Below, piece by piece: positions 10,263 through 19,478 of a stretch of DNA of 64,000 nucleotides. The notes beneath the pieces were generated by a model. It was not told where the DNA came from. It did not search any database and saw only the letters and a list, made by a program, of their open reading frames with translations. The first letter of the stretch is position 1, and every line of letters begins with the position of its first letter. The stretch comes from Collimonas sp. (GTDB taxonomy: Bacteria > Pseudomonadota > Gammaproteobacteria > Burkholderiales > Burkholderiaceae_D): positions 123,750 through 187,749 of the forward strand of contig NZ_DATMRK010000047.1 of NCBI RefSeq assembly GCF_035566375.1, read 5' to 3'. Both the position numbers and the translations under genes were made by a program.

Positions 10263-10481
10263 TCAGGACGCGGCATCCAAAAGTCTGAAACCAACCTTGA
10301 GTGTGACCTGATAGTGAGCCACCTTACCATCCGCTATATGCCCACGTGTTCCAATGACTTCAAACCAGTCCATGTGTTTTACCGTGAGTGCCGCCTTGGA
10401 AATCGCGTTATGGATTGCGTCATCAGTGCCGATCGCGGACGATCCAACCAGTTCGACTATCTTGTAAGTATGTGCGGACAT
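10263..10481 (-). CDS. Dodecin family flavin-binding protein
   Basis: 72 aa, YKIVELVGSS...WFEV...RGHI.DGKVAHYQVTLKVGFRL. Confidence 0.92.
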   Translation of the reverse strand: MSAHTYKIVELVGSSAIGTDDAIHNAISKAALTVKHMDWFEVIGTRGHIADGKVAHYQVTLKVGFRLLDAAS

Positions 10482-10612
10482 ACGAATCTCCTTTGTTAAT
10501 TGCTGTTTTAAGGAAGATACTGCTGCCCGTTCACTTTACTCCTGCCATGCAGTAAAGCAATCCGCAACCATAACAACGACTACTTTTTTAGCTTGGCCTG
10601 GTCCGCTTGAAC

Positions 10613-10641
10613 AAAAACGCCCCACCGGCTGGTGAGGCGTT
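10613..10641 (-). terminator. Terminator-like hairpin between IS3 end and dodecin
   Basis: Minus strand AACGCCTCACC-AGCC-GGTGGGGCGTT-TTTG. Confidence 0.5.
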
Positions 10642-10775
10642 GAATAGCGATATTGCGCCGGTGCGTGATACAGCGCGCCTAGGATGGCCTGTTTTAGCCA
10701 GGGAATGCGTGAAGGTCGCAGAAGTTGGTCCGAATTTTAGGTTCCCTCTGTTTTTCGTCTTCCAACAGACGACTT

Positions 10776-11665
10776 CTATGCAGCTCGTTTTTCCTGATTC
10801 TGTTCACTGATCCAGCGCTGTAGAAACTGGAGCGGCGATTTATAACCGAGGGTCGAATGCTGCCGCTTGCGATTGTAAAACACCTCGATGTATTCGAAGC
10901 TGGCCGCCCTCATTTCAGCCTGGGTGGTGTAGCGCAGGCCATGGTAGCGTTCGTTCTTGAAACTGTTGAACCAGCTCTCAGTCGGCGAATTGTCCCAGCA
11001 ATTTCCCTTGCGGCTCATCGAACACGTCATACCGAACTCACGCAACTTGTCCTGGTAGGCCTGACTGGCGTACTGGCTGCCGCGGTCCGAATGATGCAGC
11101 ACGCCGGGCGCAGGACGTCGGCGAAACCATGCCATCGTCAGCGCGTCTGCCACCAACTCAGTCGTCATGCGCGGCTTGAGCGACCAGCCGATCACTTCCC
11201 GATTGAACAGATCCAGAACGATGGCGAGGTACAGCCAGCCTTCATCGGTCCACAAGTAGGTGATGTCCGCCGTCCAAACCTGATTCGGCGCCGCCGGCGC
11301 GAAATCGCGGTCAAGCAGGTTTCTCGCCACTGGCAAACCGTGCTTCGATTCGGTCGCAGCCCGGTAGCGCCGCTTGTGGCGCGCATGAATGCCGTGCGTT
11401 CGCATCAACCGCTCCACGCGTCCCTTGCTCGCCGTGTAGCCCCGCCACCGCAACTCGCGGATCATCCGAGGACTGCCATAAGCACCTTTTACCTCGGCGT
11501 GGATGGCGCGGATCATGGCCAGCGTCGGCCGGCCGTCAGGCGCTTGCGATCGGGCGTGCCGCCACGCTTCCAGGCTCGGTAACCGCTGATGCTCACGTCG
11601 AGCGTATCGCACATTTCCCTCAGCGCGAATCGATTAGTCTGCGCATCGATCCAGGCGTACTTCAC
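10776..11665 (-). pseudogene. IS3 transposase OrfB (DDE integrase core), frameshifted near 11525
   Basis: VWTADITYL, LDLFNREVIGW, HHSDRGSQY, GNCWDNSPTESWF. The native N-terminus (GTG 11665, VKYAWIDAQ...) is in another frame and hits a stop. Confidence 0.85.
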
Positions 11666-11951
11666 AGAACATCCTTCGCGAAGTACGCCGTTGCCTTTTT
11701 TATGATTTCGTTCTCCCGCTTGAGCTTGGCATTCTCGGCGCGTAAGCGCGACAATTCCATCTCTTCCGGTGTCACGACCTTGCTACCCGCGCCGTTCAAC
11801 TGCCAGCCTTAGCGGCCTTGCCCCCGTTGCGCAGCGTTTGTTCGCTTAGACCAAGTTCCTTGGCTGTCGCCGCGAAGGATTCGCCGGCATTGACCCGTCT
11901 GACTGCCAGTTCCTTGAATTCCGCCGTGTATGAACTTCTTGAAATCTTCAT
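11662..11951 (-). pseudogene. IS3 transposase OrfA (HTH), two inferred 1-nt deletions
   Basis: MKISRSSYTAEFKELAVRRV...LSEQTLRN, then frame changes before GSKVVTPEEMELSRLRAENAKLKRENEIIKKATAYFAKDVL*. Confidence 0.85.
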
Positions 11952-12019
11952 TTCTTGCCTTCCCAAAGTAACGTCAATTTTACGTCACCTGTGGAAGACG
12001 AAATTTCAGGGGAAGCTCA

Positions 12020-12158
12020 ATCTAGCCCCACCTGCATACTGATCAACCAAATTGGCCAAATCAATTCCGAGAATGTCGATATCCATGACAGACCTCCACA
12101 CGTAAATTGGATGAAACGTTAGTCTGATCCTATTGGTGGTGTCGGGTCCATCTCAGTA
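12020..12158 (-). mobile_element. IS110/IS1111-group left-end remnant with 22 codons of transposase
   Basis: TGAGATGGAC end motif at 12155-12146, GGAGG RBS and ATG 12086 encoding MDIDILGIDLA (GIDL catalytic strand), cut by the IS3 end. Confidence 0.55.
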
Positions 12159-12432
12159 AATCAACAAACAAATCAATTGTCGGGGGGAGCGTTTGCAGGG
12201 GCTGGGGTGTTGTTGTCTGCTATCTCCCGATCTTGAGATGTATGGCGCTTTCTACTCGCACCATAACAAACAAGAACTATCAAACAACAAGAACAATCTT
12301 GCACATTGGCAGGCGGCGGGAAGGCATCTTCGGAAGTTTTCTGCGCTCGAAAATCGCAGATTCCATCTCTATAATAGAGCCATCTGAGTGCCGTCTGTAC
12401 GGGCTAGGGAGAGCTCAGAGAAACAATAATTT

Positions 12433-13080
12433 CTAAATCTGTGCATACACGTACATTTCGCTATCAACAGGAATCCCGTCAATTTCTCCTGGTCGATAAG
12501 TTGCCCGATAAAATTGCATGACAATTTGGCCTTCAATTTCTCGCGGTAGAGTTGAGCGCAACGAAGTCACAGAACTAACATGACCGAATCGATCAATAAT
12601 CAATCTTAGCAACAGTGATCCCGAAGGCATTCTCTCTAGTGGAAACTCAACAAAATTCGGAGCGCCCCCAACAAGTTCCGGTTGCTTTGACAGATCGTGA
12701 AGCGAGTGATGAAGAGATAAACCCTCGGAATCATTATTTATTTTTTCAGTTGCAGCTTCCTGAGAGGTGCTTATTTTTGTCTCTGCAATTTCAGTCGGAA
12801 TTGAATTGGTTATCGGAGAAATTGCCGGCTTCGTCCGATCCATTAGTATCTGCACCACGAGCGATTGCGGGATTTTATCGATCGCGCTATTTCGGTCTGT
12901 GCTTCCGCCTCCTTTCATAGCCAGAGTAGGCGGCATCAAAAAATAGTAGGTAAACACATGCAAAGATATTGAGAGAAAAGCGCAAACGACAACGATAGCC
13001 TTCGCGCGAATATTGCCCTGCTGCTGATCTTCCCTCGAGCCTGCCCAGTTCACAACAATCTTCCAGTTCCGCTGCGACAC
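12433..13080 (-). CDS. TonB/TolA-like energy transducer (single TM + TonB C-terminal-like domain)
   Basis: TM segment with S-x3-H (LSISLHV), spacer, C-terminal LLLRLIIDRFGHVSSV...YRPGEIDGIPVDSEM. Confidence 0.65.
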   Translation of the reverse strand: MSQRNWKIVVNWAGSREDQQQGNIRAKAIVVVCAFLSISLHVFTYYFLMPPTLAMKGGGSTDRNSAIDKIPQSLVVQILMDRTKPAISPITNSIPTEIAETKISTSQEAATEKINNDSEGLSLHHSLHDLSKQPELVGGAPNFVEFPLERMPSGSLLLRLIIDRFGHVSSVTSLRSTLPREIEGQIVMQFYRATYRPGEIDGIPVDSEMYVYAQI

Positions 13081-13574
13081 ACGTTTCTTCCAAATTGCGC
13101 GCAGCTCACGCTATTCAGATACTTGCAATTAACATGAACAGCAATCTTCATATTGATAAACTTGTGCAACCACATGCACAAATTTTATGGAACATCCCGC
13201 ACGGAGGCCGAAGGCAGGGGTTACATGGATGCCTGCGAATTCGAAGGAAAAAATACTCGTGCGCAGTGAAAACAGACATTTGAAGCTTATTAAATTACCC
13301 GATAGTGCATTCCCCGTTCGACAGGATTAAGAGTTCTAACCCAAACCTTTCTCAATGCCTATATGGGCAGTTTTCCTCCGTTGCAGCTACGTTCTTTGTC
13401 CGCGCCACGGACATTGTCTACGATTAAAACGTGACTCAATTAGCGCAATATAGATATGGCCCGGTGGCTGGCCACCTACTACTTTCCTTGTTGCGAAAAA
13501 CCGTGGGTACGCTATTCACTACGCCATCATTCCGAACGAATTACAAAGAAAGATACATCTTTGTGGCGATACAC

Positions 13575-14009
13575 TTACCAACAAGGTGATGCATTGCCTT
13601 TGGCACTTCCTTTTGCACCAGTACTATCAAGCGTTAAGGTAGTGCACGTTGTGTCACTATAGCCGTTTGACGGCGTAGCACTAACCGTAAACGATGTACT
13701 GATCGATCCTGTCGGGCCCGCAGCAACCGTGATGTCGTATTTTCTTGCAGCGGAGCTGCCGCCAGAATAATTCTGAAATCCGGCCAGTGGTGCTGTGGGG
13801 GGAGCGGCTACGGCAACATACGTACTATTGTTTGTAAAGTACCGTTCCTGCGTCTGTGCCATATTCAGCATATCGCCCTCCGCCGCCGACCGCGCTCCCC
13901 TTTTCACATAGTTCGTATAGGAGGGAATTGCAACTGCGGCAAGGATCGCGATGATTACCATCGTGATCATTAGCTCAATCAGGGTAAAGCCCGTGGCATG
14001 TCTTTTCAT
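13575..14009 (-). CDS. pilE: Type IV minor pilin PilE
   Basis: Prepilin site ATG|FTLIELMITMVIIAILAAVAIPSY, AQTQERYFT, C-terminal Cys pair, AGGAGG RBS. Confidence 0.9.
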   Translation of the reverse strand: MKRHATGFTLIELMITMVIIAILAAVAIPSYTNYVKRGARSAAEGDMLNMAQTQERYFTNNSTYVAVAAPPTAPLAGFQNYSGGSSAARKYDITVAAGPTGSISTSFTVSATPSNGYSDTTCTTLTLDSTGAKGSAKGNASPCW

Positions 14010-14017
14010 TCATCCTC

Positions 14018-17000
14018 CTAACGATTGATCTGTTTCCAATCCAGCCTGCCGAATTGACCTGACTTAATTTTTGCTTCGCAAATGGGTGTCCCGTTGCCGA
14101 ATTGTGGCGGGTGACAACTCCAAACGTATTTGCTAAATCTTGACGTCGGCCCCTGCAAATTCATGATGAAACCCCACCCCGGTACGTAGTTCGGGCATGT
14201 TCCGGCCGCACACGCTGCTGTTGGCGGAGTAGGCATGCCTGACGGCAGTGAGATGCCAGGTGGTTGTTTGATATTAAAAGTCACAGGATTGTCGCTCGCG
14301 CCACCTGCGATTACATGGCCGGCTGCCGGCACCGAGACAACTTGTCCGCCAATCGTTGTTGAAATTAGCCCACTCGAATTGTTCGTGAAAACAAAGACGG
14401 GTTGCGAAAGTGCTCCACCGGACAAAAAGCTCACGTCATATTCTTGACCGACAGTATTTCCTGAACAAGGATCGGTAGATGGCATAAGAGTAGTAAACGT
14501 CAGCACTGAGCCTGAAAGTTTTGGCACAGATGAATGGACTCGCTCACCGCTGCCAGGTAGATCCAGGTACCAACCAAGTTGTTGTCCGGTGTTTGCGGGG
14601 GCAACAAGATCAGACGGACACAGCACCGTTGCACTCGTGGTTTGCGCTGTAGTTGAGTAATTGGGCTGACAGTTCGACATTATAGGAAAGCAGTTTGGAC
14701 TAGCTGCAGTACATGTGTTTCCACTGCTATCGATATAAGTGATAATCCGTTGCTGCTGTAATGAGGAACGACTGCTCACTGTCGTCGAGCCGTCATCTTT
14801 ATCCCAAATGCCATAAAAGGTATCAGTATTAAAAGGGGATTGCGCGTCCGTTTGATCTATCCATGATCCAGTGCCGAACACGACCAGGAATCCTCCGTTC
14901 GGATGCCTTGCCACTTCAACGCCAGTCGTGATTTGCTGTGCCTTGGCCGGTGTATCAGCAGTGACTGCAGTGAATAGTGGCTGCGGCGCCGTTGCAGAGC
15001 CAAACGAAGATTTCAGATTGGTTGGATCTGTCACATCAATTTTCCAGAGATTGCCGAATCGATCGCCTGCGTAGACGATATCCACTGTGCCGTTCTGATC
15101 CCGGTCGACGCCGGCGATCGAACCCAATCCGTTCGGCGGAGCCAGAGGCAGTGTGCCTTCATTGGGAGAGATCAAGGCGACCTTGAAGTAATTGGTATTT
15201 AATTTCCATGGCTGCCCGGCGCCAGGGCCATCAACGTACAGGACATAAAGATAGGCGCGTCCGGTTGTACTGACGCTGCCATCAGCGTAGGTGTTGTTAT
15301 AGCCGCTGCCAAAAATAACCGCCCATTTACCATTATTCAACTTGCGAATGATGGGTTGACTGAAAGTAAAACCGAGATCGCTATCGTCTTTATCGGTAAA
15401 TTCCCATAACACTTTCGAAGCGTCAAATGCAGTTGGATCCGTGACGTCCAGCGCATACATACCTTGACCACCGGCGTTCATGCCGCCGACCAGCATTGTT
15501 TTCCAGCCACCGGTGGTGAAATTAGCGTCGCCGACAACAGGACTGCCGTCGACGAAATACTTGTGGCTGTAATTCGGCGACATTAATTGACTCAGCTTTT
15601 GATAATTGGCGCTCGGTACATAGGCAAACAGTTCCGCGCCGCTGGTGGAAGTGACGACCGGGTTGCCATCGGTTCCAGTCGTGAACGACGCGTCGTACGC
15701 ATGCAGCATGCCATCATTGCCGCCGACATAGACTGCCGGTTTGCGATTGGCGTTAGTCTGAGCAAAGGTCGAAAAGCCTGCACCGGACAAGAAAGTTGGC
15801 GCACCCACGAAGACCGGTTTCGAATTAATGATGTCGCCCAGCACGGAAGAACGGGAGCGCCATCCATTATTAGCGTTGGGGTTGGGTGTGGTGGTACCGG
15901 GTGAATTCGCTTCCTTGGACTGGTCACCGCGCAGCCAGTTGACGCGGTCGACGGCCAATCCATCAACAGTCCCGAACTCGTCTTTGTTCAGAAATGCTTG
16001 CTCCCCGGTAGATAAATTCGTCGTCAAGTTAGCCGGGTCGAAGGCTACGCCCGTGCGGGCGTTTGTAGTGGACTCAGTGGTTCCGTCCGGTTTCAAACCG
16101 TCGTTGAAGGTAAAGATCGAGCGGGCAGTTGCCGAAGGTAACTTGCTCGATGCAGTCCATGCTGGGGTGGCACCGATGGTTCCGCTGGTATCGATGCTCA
16201 ACGCCTGCACATCACCCGTCCAGCCACCCGAATTGTAAATTGCGCGATAGAGATATGCGCCGGTACCGGTATCCAAGGAGCCCGCGGATTGCGCCAGCGC
16301 TGCCTCATCACCAATTTGCGCCGCAATTGTTGCGATAGCACCTTGCACCGAAGCAATCATCGCAGGGGGATTGCCTGCGTTCAGCAAATTTTTCGGCCAA
16401 CTGACGTTGCCGCTTACGACCGGTGCGGGGCGTGAACTGCAAGTTGGTTGCAGGATCGTGCTCATGGCCGGATTATTACTGGCGAGCCAGTTTCCATTTG
16501 CGTCATAGGATGCCGGGTTCCCATACTTGCTGGCCAGCCAGAACTGCGACCGGTAAGCGCAATCCTGATTTTCCTGTACATCAATTACCATGCTCTGGAC
16601 GGTCTGCATCCCGACTAAATCTGGCCTGATATTGTGGCTGGCCGCCCAGTAGGCCAAGCCGCCAATGTCATAGCTGGCGGAGCTGCCAGCACCCGTAACG
16701 GTAGTGGCAAGATTACTCATACCTTCAAGAGCACCGACCGCATTTGTCACCGTCGTCACATTGACGCCAGTATCACCACTCAGCGACCCGGTGTCCTTGA
16801 GATGTGCATTGCCATTTGCATCGGTATAAGCCTGGCATGCGCCGGTACTGTCTGTAGCATAAGTGCCACCCGGTAAACGCTTGTCACACCAGGTGTGTGA
16901 GTCACCCATTGTGATGATGTAGTTCTTCTGGCAGGAATACAGTACAGGATCGTCCCATTGTTTGATCACCGGAAAACCATCGCTGTTAGCTGATGTCGCT

Positions 17001-18862
17001 CCGTTGTAAAAATCCGTGGTCGGCTGCTTACCCCCCCGTAAATATTTTAACGACTCGTAATACAACTTGCCGATGTCATCGTAGGTTTTATAGGTATGCG
17101 ATGAACTACCGAATTTGTTGATGTAATTGATAACACCGGTGTTGGTGGCGGCACCAATGTATGAATTCGCTGTTGCCGCATCGCCGGAATCTGGATTCTG
17201 GATTAGCGTTCCGTTAGTTGCAGACCATTCCGCATTGCCATTGGCAATTGTGCCTCCGGCAGGCGAGTATTTCTGCGGAGCAACGTATTTCAACTTGGAA
17301 CGCATCACAGCATTATCAATATCATTGGCTTGAAAATAGGACATCACCCCGAATCGCATCTTGTCGCCATTTTCCTGTATGGCACCAGTAGGCTTCCATG
17401 CGCTGCCGAATTGCTTACAGTTGCGTTCTAGTCCGATTGTTGAGTCGCAAACTTTAACCCGGACGTTATAGGACTGCGTGCTACCAAAGCCAATATTGTA
17501 TGAAGAGGTGTAATAGTATCCTGATGTGGTTGATATGCTGCCAGGATAGGACGAAACATAATAAACAGAGGCTGTTGTTTGTGGGGTGTAAGTAATACTG
17601 TAACTATTGTAGTAGGAAGTTTTCCCTATTTTGGTCGTCCCACTCCCTGGTGACGAGTCGACATAGACTTCACTGCTGCTCGAAAAGCTAAACCCGGAAC
17701 AGGTTCGCGGACTGCTCCCTTTGTTAAAGGAGTTGCAAGTTGCTACATCTTTGTTCGCCAGCGTGCAAGTGACCGTGACCGGACTGCCTGAATTTACCTG
17801 GCAATTTGATGGAGTTTCCGTTATTTGAGCACCAATGACGGTCGTAACAAAATTTGAAACTGTGTTCGCACCGCCACCAGGGAAGAAGTTTTCTTGGCCA
17901 GAAAAAACACCGAAGGTTGCGCAGCTATAAGGCGAAGAACTCGTACCGCTGCCTGTCCAACTCGCGCAGCTACCGGTGTCACCATTCGGCAATGTCAAAG
18001 CGCAATCCATGGAACCACTGTAAATCTGCGGGCTGGTACAAGTTACAAGAGTGTTTGATGTGCTGGCAACAGTGGCAGTCGAAGTTGTTCCCGGCGCCAC
18101 ACTACTCACCGTGAGTCCATTGGCAAATGCGAACGTGGTGCAGGTGTAAGGCGAACCCGACGTGCCGTTGCCGGACCATGCAGTACAAGTACCACTGCTT
18201 CCATCCGATTTCAGAGCAATCGTAGCGCAACCGAACGTTGTGCCGTTCAGCGTCGGTCCGCTGCAATTGGCTACGTCAGATCCACTTGGATAGACCACCA
18301 TCTTCGATCCATTCCCTTGATTTTTGATGGTCAACGCCGCTCCTGACGGATAGGGCGTGGTATTGCCATCCTCGGTAAATGTTTTGTCAGGGAAGTTGCC
18401 GGTGCCACCCTGCCCGCTTTGATAGCTGCGTTCCAGCACGGTCAATGTGGCGGTATCCTGGACGCGATTTCCTCCGGTCATCGCGAAACGGAATTCATCC
18501 AGCCCGGTCATGCTTACCCAGTTCAGGAAATTCCCGCTCCAGCTTGAACAAACATGACTTGTGGCAACGCCAGTCGGCGCGAACCAGCCGTTCGTCGCAT
18601 CATAGCCGTAACACTTCTCAGAATCGAAATACCCGAGATACTGAGAATTGGCAGAATAATTGCTAGCCCCCTGATATGCCGCCGTATTGGCGGTCGGATA
18701 TTCGACCGATAAAGCAAATATCACATTGGGTGGCACCCCGCCTTTAAGGCTGAGAGGCGTGTCCGCGAGCGTCCCAGCAAAAACAGCTGACGGAAACAGC
18801 AGCACAAAACAGAGCCATAAAATAAGGTTTCGATAGGTTTTCAATGTGATACTCCAAATCAT
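14018..18862 (-). CDS. pilY1: Type IV pilus tip adhesin PilY1/PilC (1614 aa; likely TTG start at 18844)
   Basis: Signal peptide, vWA-like N-terminus, LGDIINSKP, YVGGNDGMLHAYD, YFVDGSP, LGFTFSQP, Ca-loop DRDQNGTVD.YAGD, GWYLDL, terminal GRLDWKQI. Confidence 0.92.
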   Translation of the reverse strand: MIWSITLKTYRNLILWLCFVLLFPSAVFAGTLADTPLSLKGGVPPNVIFALSVEYPTANTAAYQGASNYSANSQYLGYFDSEKCYGYDATNGWFAPTGVATSHVCSSWSGNFLNWVSMTGLDEFRFAMTGGNRVQDTATLTVLERSYQSGQGGTGNFPDKTFTEDGNTTPYPSGAALTIKNQGNGSKMVVYPSGSDVANCSGPTLNGTTFGCATIALKSDGSSGTCTAWSGNGTSGSPYTCTTFAFANGLTVSSVAPGTTSTATVASTSNTLVTCTSPQIYSGSMDCALTLPNGDTGSCASWTGSGTSSSPYSCATFGVFSGQENFFPGGGANTVSNFVTTVIGAQITETPSNCQVNSGSPVTVTCTLANKDVATCNSFNKGSSPRTCSGFSFSSSSEVYVDSSPGSGTTKIGKTSYYNSYSITYTPQTTASVYYVSSYPGSISTTSGYYYTSSYNIGFGSTQSYNVRVKVCDSTIGLERNCKQFGSAWKPTGAIQENGDKMRFGVMSYFQANDIDNAVMRSKLKYVAPQKYSPAGGTIANGNAEWSATNGTLIQNPDSGDAATANSYIGAATNTGVINYINKFGSSSHTYKTYDDIGKLYYESLKYLRGGKQPTTDFYNGATSANSDGFPVIKQWDDPVLYSCQKNYIITMGDSHTWCDKRLPGGTYATDSTGACQAYTDANGNAHLKDTGSLSGDTGVNVTTVTNAVGALEGMSNLATTVTGAGSSASYDIGGLAYWAASHNIRPDLVGMQTVQSMVIDVQENQDCAYRSQFWLASKYGNPASYDANGNWLASNNPAMSTILQPTCSSRPAPVVSGNVSWPKNLLNAGNPPAMIASVQGAIATIAAQIGDEAALAQSAGSLDTGTGAYLYRAIYNSGGWTGDVQALSIDTSGTIGATPAWTASSKLPSATARSIFTFNDGLKPDGTTESTTNARTGVAFDPANLTTNLSTGEQAFLNKDEFGTVDGLAVDRVNWLRGDQSKEANSPGTTTPNPNANNGWRSRSSVLGDIINSKPVFVGAPTFLSGAGFSTFAQTNANRKPAVYVGGNDGMLHAYDASFTTGTDGNPVVTSTSGAELFAYVPSANYQKLSQLMSPNYSHKYFVDGSPVVGDANFTTGGWKTMLVGGMNAGGQGMYALDVTDPTAFDASKVLWEFTDKDDSDLGFTFSQPIIRKLNNGKWAVIFGSGYNNTYADGSVSTTGRAYLYVLYVDGPGAGQPWKLNTNYFKVALISPNEGTLPLAPPNGLGSIAGVDRDQNGTVDIVYAGDRFGNLWKIDVTDPTNLKSSFGSATAPQPLFTAVTADTPAKAQQITTGVEVARHPNGGFLVVFGTGSWIDQTDAQSPFNTDTFYGIWDKDDGSTTVSSRSSLQQQRIITYIDSSGNTCTAASPNCFPIMSNCQPNYSTTAQTTSATVLCPSDLVAPANTGQQLGWYLDLPGSGERVHSSVPKLSGSVLTFTTLMPSTDPCSGNTVGQEYDVSFLSGGALSQPVFVFTNNSSGLISTTIGGQVVSVPAAGHVIAGGASDNPVTFNIKQPPGISLPSGMPTPPTAACAAGTCPNYVPGWGFIMNLQGPTSRFSKYVWSCHPPQFGNGTPICEAKIKSGQFGRLDWKQINR

Positions 18863-18881
18863 GGATGCCGGGCTGGGCAGA

Positions 18882-19472
18882 CTAATTTACAAAATCGGAT
18901 GGCAAATAGATTTCTTGCAGAACCACTTTGGTATTTGGCAGGCGGCCGTGTGCCTGCGCGGTAATTCTGAATACCTTGCCGCAAGTTGAACCTGTCTGCG
19001 TTCCCAATGATGAGCAGACCAGCTCAATCAGGTATCGAGGTTGATCGAGAACATTGGCAATGGCGGGCGACGTTGTGGCTGTGCCAATTGCTACACTATT
19101 GGAGCCTGGTGCAGAGGCTCCAAAAAAATCGAGTAAATCAATCTGCGTGGCTGGCGGTGCGCTGGTAGAGTCGCACAAACCGTTAGAGCAAGAGGTATCG
19201 AACAAATAAAGGCTGACCGGCTTGTAGGGCCATTGATAAGCCCCGGTAATTTGTAACTCGGCATCGCGCAACGCGGCCTCTGCAGCAGCAAAAGCCACAT
19301 CGGCATCACGGGCATTCCGGGCCATTTTTTCATCCGAACTGGTGGAACCGACCAAACTAATGCCGAGCAACATCAGCACAATCATAAAAATGACAGCCGT
19401 GATCAGGACGGTCCCACGCTGCCGCTGTTTGCTCTTACTGAAATTGATAGTGCGTGAATGCATTCTATCCAC
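18882..19472 (-). CDS. pilX: Type IV minor pilin PilX
   Basis: QRG|TVLITAVIFM (no Glu5), AFAAAEAALRDAE, PRYLIE and VFRITAQAHG. Confidence 0.88.
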   Translation of the reverse strand: MDRMHSRTINFSKSKQRQRGTVLITAVIFMIVLMLLGISLVGSTSSDEKMARNARDADVAFAAAEAALRDAELQITGAYQWPYKPVSLYLFDTSCSNGLCDSTSAPPATQIDLLDFFGASAPGSNSVAIGTATTSPAIANVLDQPRYLIELVCSSLGTQTGSTCGKVFRITAQAHGRLPNTKVVLQEIYLPSDFVN

Positions 19473-19478
19473 ACCTTT

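Larger units (their letters stand above)
10737..12019 (-). mobile_element. IS3-family insertion sequence, degenerate (~1.28 kb)
   Basis: Imperfect terminal IRs sharing TTTCGTCTTCCA (TGAGCTTCCCCTGAAATTTCGTCTTCCA vs TTAGGTTCCCTCTGTTTTTCGTCTTCCA), orfA/orfB layout and A6G slippery site at 11695-11701. No clean target duplication. Confidence 0.9.

Noticed and set aside
12190-12430. Short ORFs between the IS110 stub and the TonB-like gene (possible pilin accessory remnant)
   Set aside because: No frame with a credible start, RBS or recognisable motif on either strand.
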